Positions 42,771 to 45,149 of a DNA stretch of 45,149 bases are shown one piece after another. Source of the stretch: a virus (Duplodnaviria > Caudoviricetes); the IMG/VR virus record IMGVR_UViG_3300025160_000004, positions 1 through 45,149 of that record; one strand, given 5' to 3'. Numbering within the stretch: the stretch's first letter is position 1; every line of letters begins with the position of its first letter. Below the pieces are notes generated by a model. That model saw nothing but the letters and a program-made list of their open reading frames with translations. It ran no database searches and was not told the origin of the DNA. The position numbers and the translations under genes were made by a program.

Positions 42771-44453
42771 TTACGGCACTCCCACAACGATATTGCGGAA
42801 GTAGCTGCTCTGCGTGAGCCGCGGCGAACGGAACGTCGTCGGGAAGCTTAGCCGTTCGGTGCCTTCATGGCCGACATTCGCAAGCCCGGTATGCTCGGCA
42901 CATAACACCCCTGCGTACCAATAGCGCACCAACCCATCGCCAGCTCCGTCGGCACTCTCAGCCCAGAACTCCTGCGTAAAGCGGAACCATTCGCCCGCAT
43001 GAGGCCCACCGCTCTGATAGTCAATGGGGTGGAAGTCTGACAAGTTGCTGCCTGTGTCCTCTGGCGGGTTCGTCTCGCCATAGAACCCCTCCACTCTCGC
43101 ATGGCTATTGGCTTGTATTTCAGCAGGGCCAGGCCATGTGTGATCTGTACGAGGACCGCAGCCGCCAGGGTCATCTTCTCGCGGGCGACAAAGCAACAAC
43201 TTTTTGCACCCAGCGTTCGACGCGCTGTCATTTTCGTTATAGATGTCAAACGCATCGTTGTTGCCTACGCCCGTGGAATCGCTGGCAATCTTGCCCAGGC
43301 GCTCTTCCCACTGGACCATGATTTTACGTCGCGCAGTGCCAGGCAAATATAAGCTGAGTTCGCCACCAGAATCGCCCACGATGATGCAGGTGTCGCCATC
43401 GCTGGGAGCAGAACCGAAGGCCTGAGTTACAAAGTTGCCGTCAGCGTCATTGGAGGAAATGTCTCGCTTCTCCCCCGAGAGCGCCCCCGAGGTGTATAGC
43501 AACTGAGCCCCAGCCCATTGGTCCAACTCATAACCCGTGTATGTGGTAGCGTGGTCCGTGGCCGTCGGAGAGCCCGTAACACTACCTCCCGTTGGCATTG
43601 CCTGTAGCTGCAATCGAAACGCCCTACCTCCTGCACCATCGGCATTAACAGCAAGGCCGATACCAGTAGAGCTAATCCCACTACTGGCATGCACCGTCTG
43701 GAGGATGTCCTCAGCCTCGGCCAACGTGTCAGCGCTCTCAATATCCTGCGCTCCGCCAGGGCGAGTATCGTAAATAATCTCAGACCACGTGTCAGGATCC
43801 TCGCTCCCTTCGGGCGGAGGGGATGGAGGGCTGCTAACTACACCACCAGTCAGTGTGGATACAAGCACGATGGCCTCCGCTGTACGCCAATCGGAACCGG
43901 GCTCCTTGCTCTGTGCCGTGACTTTGTATGCATCTGCAACAATCCCGGCAGCGTAGCTGCCTGTTTGGTCTATCGTTCCACCCGTCGCGCTCCACGTTGC
44001 GGGATATTCGCGCTCTGCACTTCCATCGGCGGGCCATGCGTAATGTTTGAATTGCCGCACCTCGCCGGGTTTCAACTCAATCGGCCCGCCCGGCTGCACT
44101 CTGCTGGGACCGTGGCCTGTCGTTGGCAGCGGTACGGGTGGTAGCGCTGGCGGTGTGGGCCCGGGTATCGGCACACTCGGAGTACTCAAAGCCGCGAGCT
44201 TCGCCGCCAGCGCCGCAGTCTCAGCTTCCAGCGTTGCAATTCGTGCGCGGTCTGTTACCGCGTCGGCCGCATATTCCGCAACATCATCGGTCAGCCTCGC
44301 AACCGCATCGTTCAGCAGAGCGATACCCTGCGCCTGCGCTGCGAGTTGCGCCGACTGAGCATCAATGTGCGAAAAGAGAGATTTCTTCTCTTTCGCGCTG
44401 AAACTCTTGTCAGTGCGGAGGCGCGCTAGTTCCTTGTCAGTGAGTAACGGCAT
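42771..44453 (-). CDS. multidomain receptor-binding/appendage protein (coiled coil, Ig-like, lectin/lyase-like)
   Basis: ATWSATGGTI Ig-like motif; Pro linkers; GEW...DG.VR.W..G C-terminal beta-sandwich. Confidence 0.55.
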   Translation of the reverse strand: MPLLTDKELARLRTDKSFSAKEKKSLFSHIDAQSAQLAAQAQGIALLNDAVARLTDDVAEYAADAVTDRARIATLEAETAALAAKLAALSTPSVPIPGPTPPALPPVPLPTTGHGPSRVQPGGPIELKPGEVRQFKHYAWPADGSAEREYPATWSATGGTIDQTGSYAAGIVADAYKVTAQSKEPGSDWRTAEAIVLVSTLTGGVVSSPPSPPPEGSEDPDTWSEIIYDTRPGGAQDIESADTLAEAEDILQTVHASSGISSTGIGLAVNADGAGGRAFRLQLQAMPTGGSVTGSPTATDHATTYTGYELDQWAGAQLLYTSGALSGEKRDISSNDADGNFVTQAFGSAPSDGDTCIIVGDSGGELSLYLPGTARRKIMVQWEERLGKIASDSTGVGNNDAFDIYNENDSASNAGCKKLLLCRPREDDPGGCGPRTDHTWPGPAEIQANSHARVEGFYGETNPPEDTGSNLSDFHPIDYQSGGPHAGEWFRFTQEFWAESADGAGDGLVRYWYAGVLCAEHTGLANVGHEGTERLSFPTTFRSPRLTQSSYFRNIVVGVP

Positions 44454-44457
44454 CTCC

Positions 44458-44844
44458 CTACCCTCTCCTCTTCTTCACGCGCACGATTGCACTACCAGTG
44501 CTGCGGTTCGCAAAGCTCAACGCAATGTCGGCACCAGTCGCATCCACCAATATTTGTGAGTTGCCACCGGTGCCGCTGATGACATCACTGTAATACGCGG
44601 CATCAGATACCGCGCCGCCTTCGTTCAGCTTCTGGTATGGCGCTTCGTCAAACGTACCCGGCGTTCGCGTCGGATGATCTTCATGCACGCGGCGCTGCAC
44701 CGTTGCAGCACCGTCCCACGAGTCAACGGCCTCGATTGAGACCGAAAACAGTTCGGCTGTTTCACCATTGCCGCCCATGTAGATCAGGCGGTCGTTGGTC
44801 GCCATGCTGTAATAGCCCGGCGTGTTCACCAGAATGTCAGCCAA
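44458..44844 (-). CDS. hypothetical structural protein (128 aa)
   Basis: TTG start with a GAGGAGG RBS, overlapping the upstream stop. Confidence 0.6.
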   Translation of the reverse strand: MADILVNTPGYYSMATNDRLIYMGGNGETAELFSVSIEAVDSWDGAATVQRRVHEDHPTRTPGTFDEAPYQKLNEGGAVSDAAYYSDVISGTGGNSQILVDATGADIALSFANRSTGSAIVRVKKRRG

Positions 44845-45050
44845 TTGGCACCTCCTCCAGCGCTTCATCCTTGTAAAGCGCCCACTCGTGTGAGATATCT
44901 TCGGTGTTGAGTCCTTCCGCTTTCTTCTGGGACCGGAACTCATTCCACGTAAGCCGTGGCGCGGGTACCGCTGCTGCTGCGCGTTCCTGAATGGTCGGCG
45001 CGGCCGCGTAATCGATGCCGTCGTCCAGCTTTAGCACAGATGGCTCATAC
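44837..45050 (-). CDS. 3' part of the junction-spanning 244-aa protein
   Basis: In frame with 521 to 1. Confidence 0.8.
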
Positions 45051-45149
45051 GGGAGTAGGGGCTTTGCCCAATCGGGAACGACAGTCGAGAATCCCAGCGC
45101 CCACGAATTGTCAGCGCGCATCGCCTTGACGAACTCGATGGCTTTCGGT
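45051..45149. repeat. copy of bases 1-99
   Basis: Exact identity. Confidence 0.95.

Noticed and set aside
45051-45149. Biological direct terminal repeat
   Set aside because: It is exactly 99 nt (a common assembler k-mer) and falls mid-gene, so a circular assembly overlap is more likely.
1-45149. Alternative genetic code or suppressor tRNA
   Set aside because: Core genes are intact in code 11, all three stop codons are used, and the tRNAs read ACG and ATG.

Overview
This window is an apparently complete, circular temperate tailed-phage genome of about 45,050 bp. Bases 1-99 are repeated exactly at 45051-45149, most likely as an assembly overlap. The layout is podovirus/P22-like. (i) A minus-strand late operon begins at about 9790 (TerS, TerL, portal, scaffold, capsid, decoration proteins), crosses the contig junction into receptor-binding, adaptor, tail and ejection genes, and ends in a lysis cassette (about 28577-30918). 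(ii) A minus-strand early operon of about 16.7 kb (27752 to 11056) carries Cro, small genes, a tRNA/ncRNA cluster, Erf, YqaJ exonuclease, DEDDh exonuclease, Xis/Int, an antisense tRNA-Thr (likely attP), DUF4406, a PD-(D/E)XK nuclease, a C5 methyltransferase, a replication initiator with internal iterons, and RusA. (iii) There are two small plus-strand units: CI plus a lipoprotein, and a 4-gene promoter-to-HTH cassette resembling acr-aca or anti-defence loci. The most unusual observations are: an almost unbroken chain of translationally coupled ORFs that bridges tRNAs and deleted gene remnants; mirror-matched 9-aa and 18-aa repeat arrays in an ejection protein; a recurrent AAUCNN-hexaloop hairpin, including one in a switchable late leader; a tRNA-like RNA lacking D and anticodon arms; and attP placed between the early promoter and the replication genes. 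Functional calls come from motifs and synteny read by eye; no database searches were run.
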